DNA of 64,000 nt, taken from contig OZ260663.1 in assembly GCA_965285935.1 (NCBI GenBank), forward strand, positions 41,602,001-41,666,000, given 5' to 3'. This DNA comes from Ophelia neglecta. Lineage: Eukaryota. Shown here in pieces: positions 63,510 through 64,000 of the stretch. Numbering within the stretch: position 1 is the first letter of the stretch; every line of letters starts with the position of its first letter. Both the position numbers and the translations under genes were made by a program. Below the pieces are notes generated by a model that was given only the letters and a program-made list of their open reading frames with translations, was not told where the DNA came from and did not search any database.

Positions 63510-64000
63510 CTGTCAAAAAACAAAAGCATCAAACGTGAATCAGATTATTAGTGGTTCCGGCCTTTTAGTCTAAACGTGTTGGAAATGTATTATCTGTAAT
63601 CACAAAAATATACATAAAGGGATCGAACCACTGAAAAAAACGTGACACAGATATATCAAAATAATACCATGAATTTGTTGACCCGGCTTGTAGCTCTTCG
63701 TATTTGACATTGTCGAGTTAAGATGAATCTAAAAACAAAAAGGACATGTAAAACATTGGACATACAGTTACACTTAATACAGTAAATGTCTGCATTCATG
63801 ACTAGGCATGTATTTTTTTGAATGGCGAGCATCTAACTTTACAACTTTATTATGTATTTATAATGTAATATTCCAATATTATAAGTTTCATATAATTAGA
63901 ATATTAGGAAAAATCTTGAGCGTTCGGTCAACATGATGTTTGCTTGATGCGCGTGGAACACCTGTTATCTTGAACACCAACGAACTATTTGAGAATTACA

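Overview
AT-rich, intron-containing eukaryotic DNA, most likely an invertebrate animal; no prokaryotic features. Four host genes can be assembled exon by exon, all on the minus strand. (1) The 5' part of a signal peptide + Ig-like + FN3-like cell-surface receptor gene, probably continuing past the left edge. (2) A complete 9-exon, 440-aa rhodopsin-family peptide GPCR with an apparent cleavable signal peptide. (3) A complete 11-exon, 513-aa amidase-signature enzyme of the bacterial-like CX3C type. (4) The 3' four exons of a Reeler-domain protein with a hydrophobic, GPI-like tail. The rest is dense in transposons: a near full-length RTEX-like LINE (about 49.3-55.9 kb), decayed L2/CR1, Tx1/L1 and Proto2-like LINEs including one nested insertion, an AcademH-type DNA transposon with about 435-bp TIRs, a 9-bp TSD and a RecQ helicase remnant, MITEs, a 92-bp perfect palindrome with an 8-bp TSD, and tRNA-derived SINEs. 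The most striking signal is in the large LINE. ORF1 and ORF2 lie in the same frame, separated by a single TAG in the exact tobamovirus readthrough context (AAA-TAG-CAA-TTA-CAG). ORF2 has no usable ATG, which suggests programmed stop-codon readthrough producing a gag-pol-like ORF1-ORF2 fusion. All calls were read by eye; family names come from motif recognition, not database searches.
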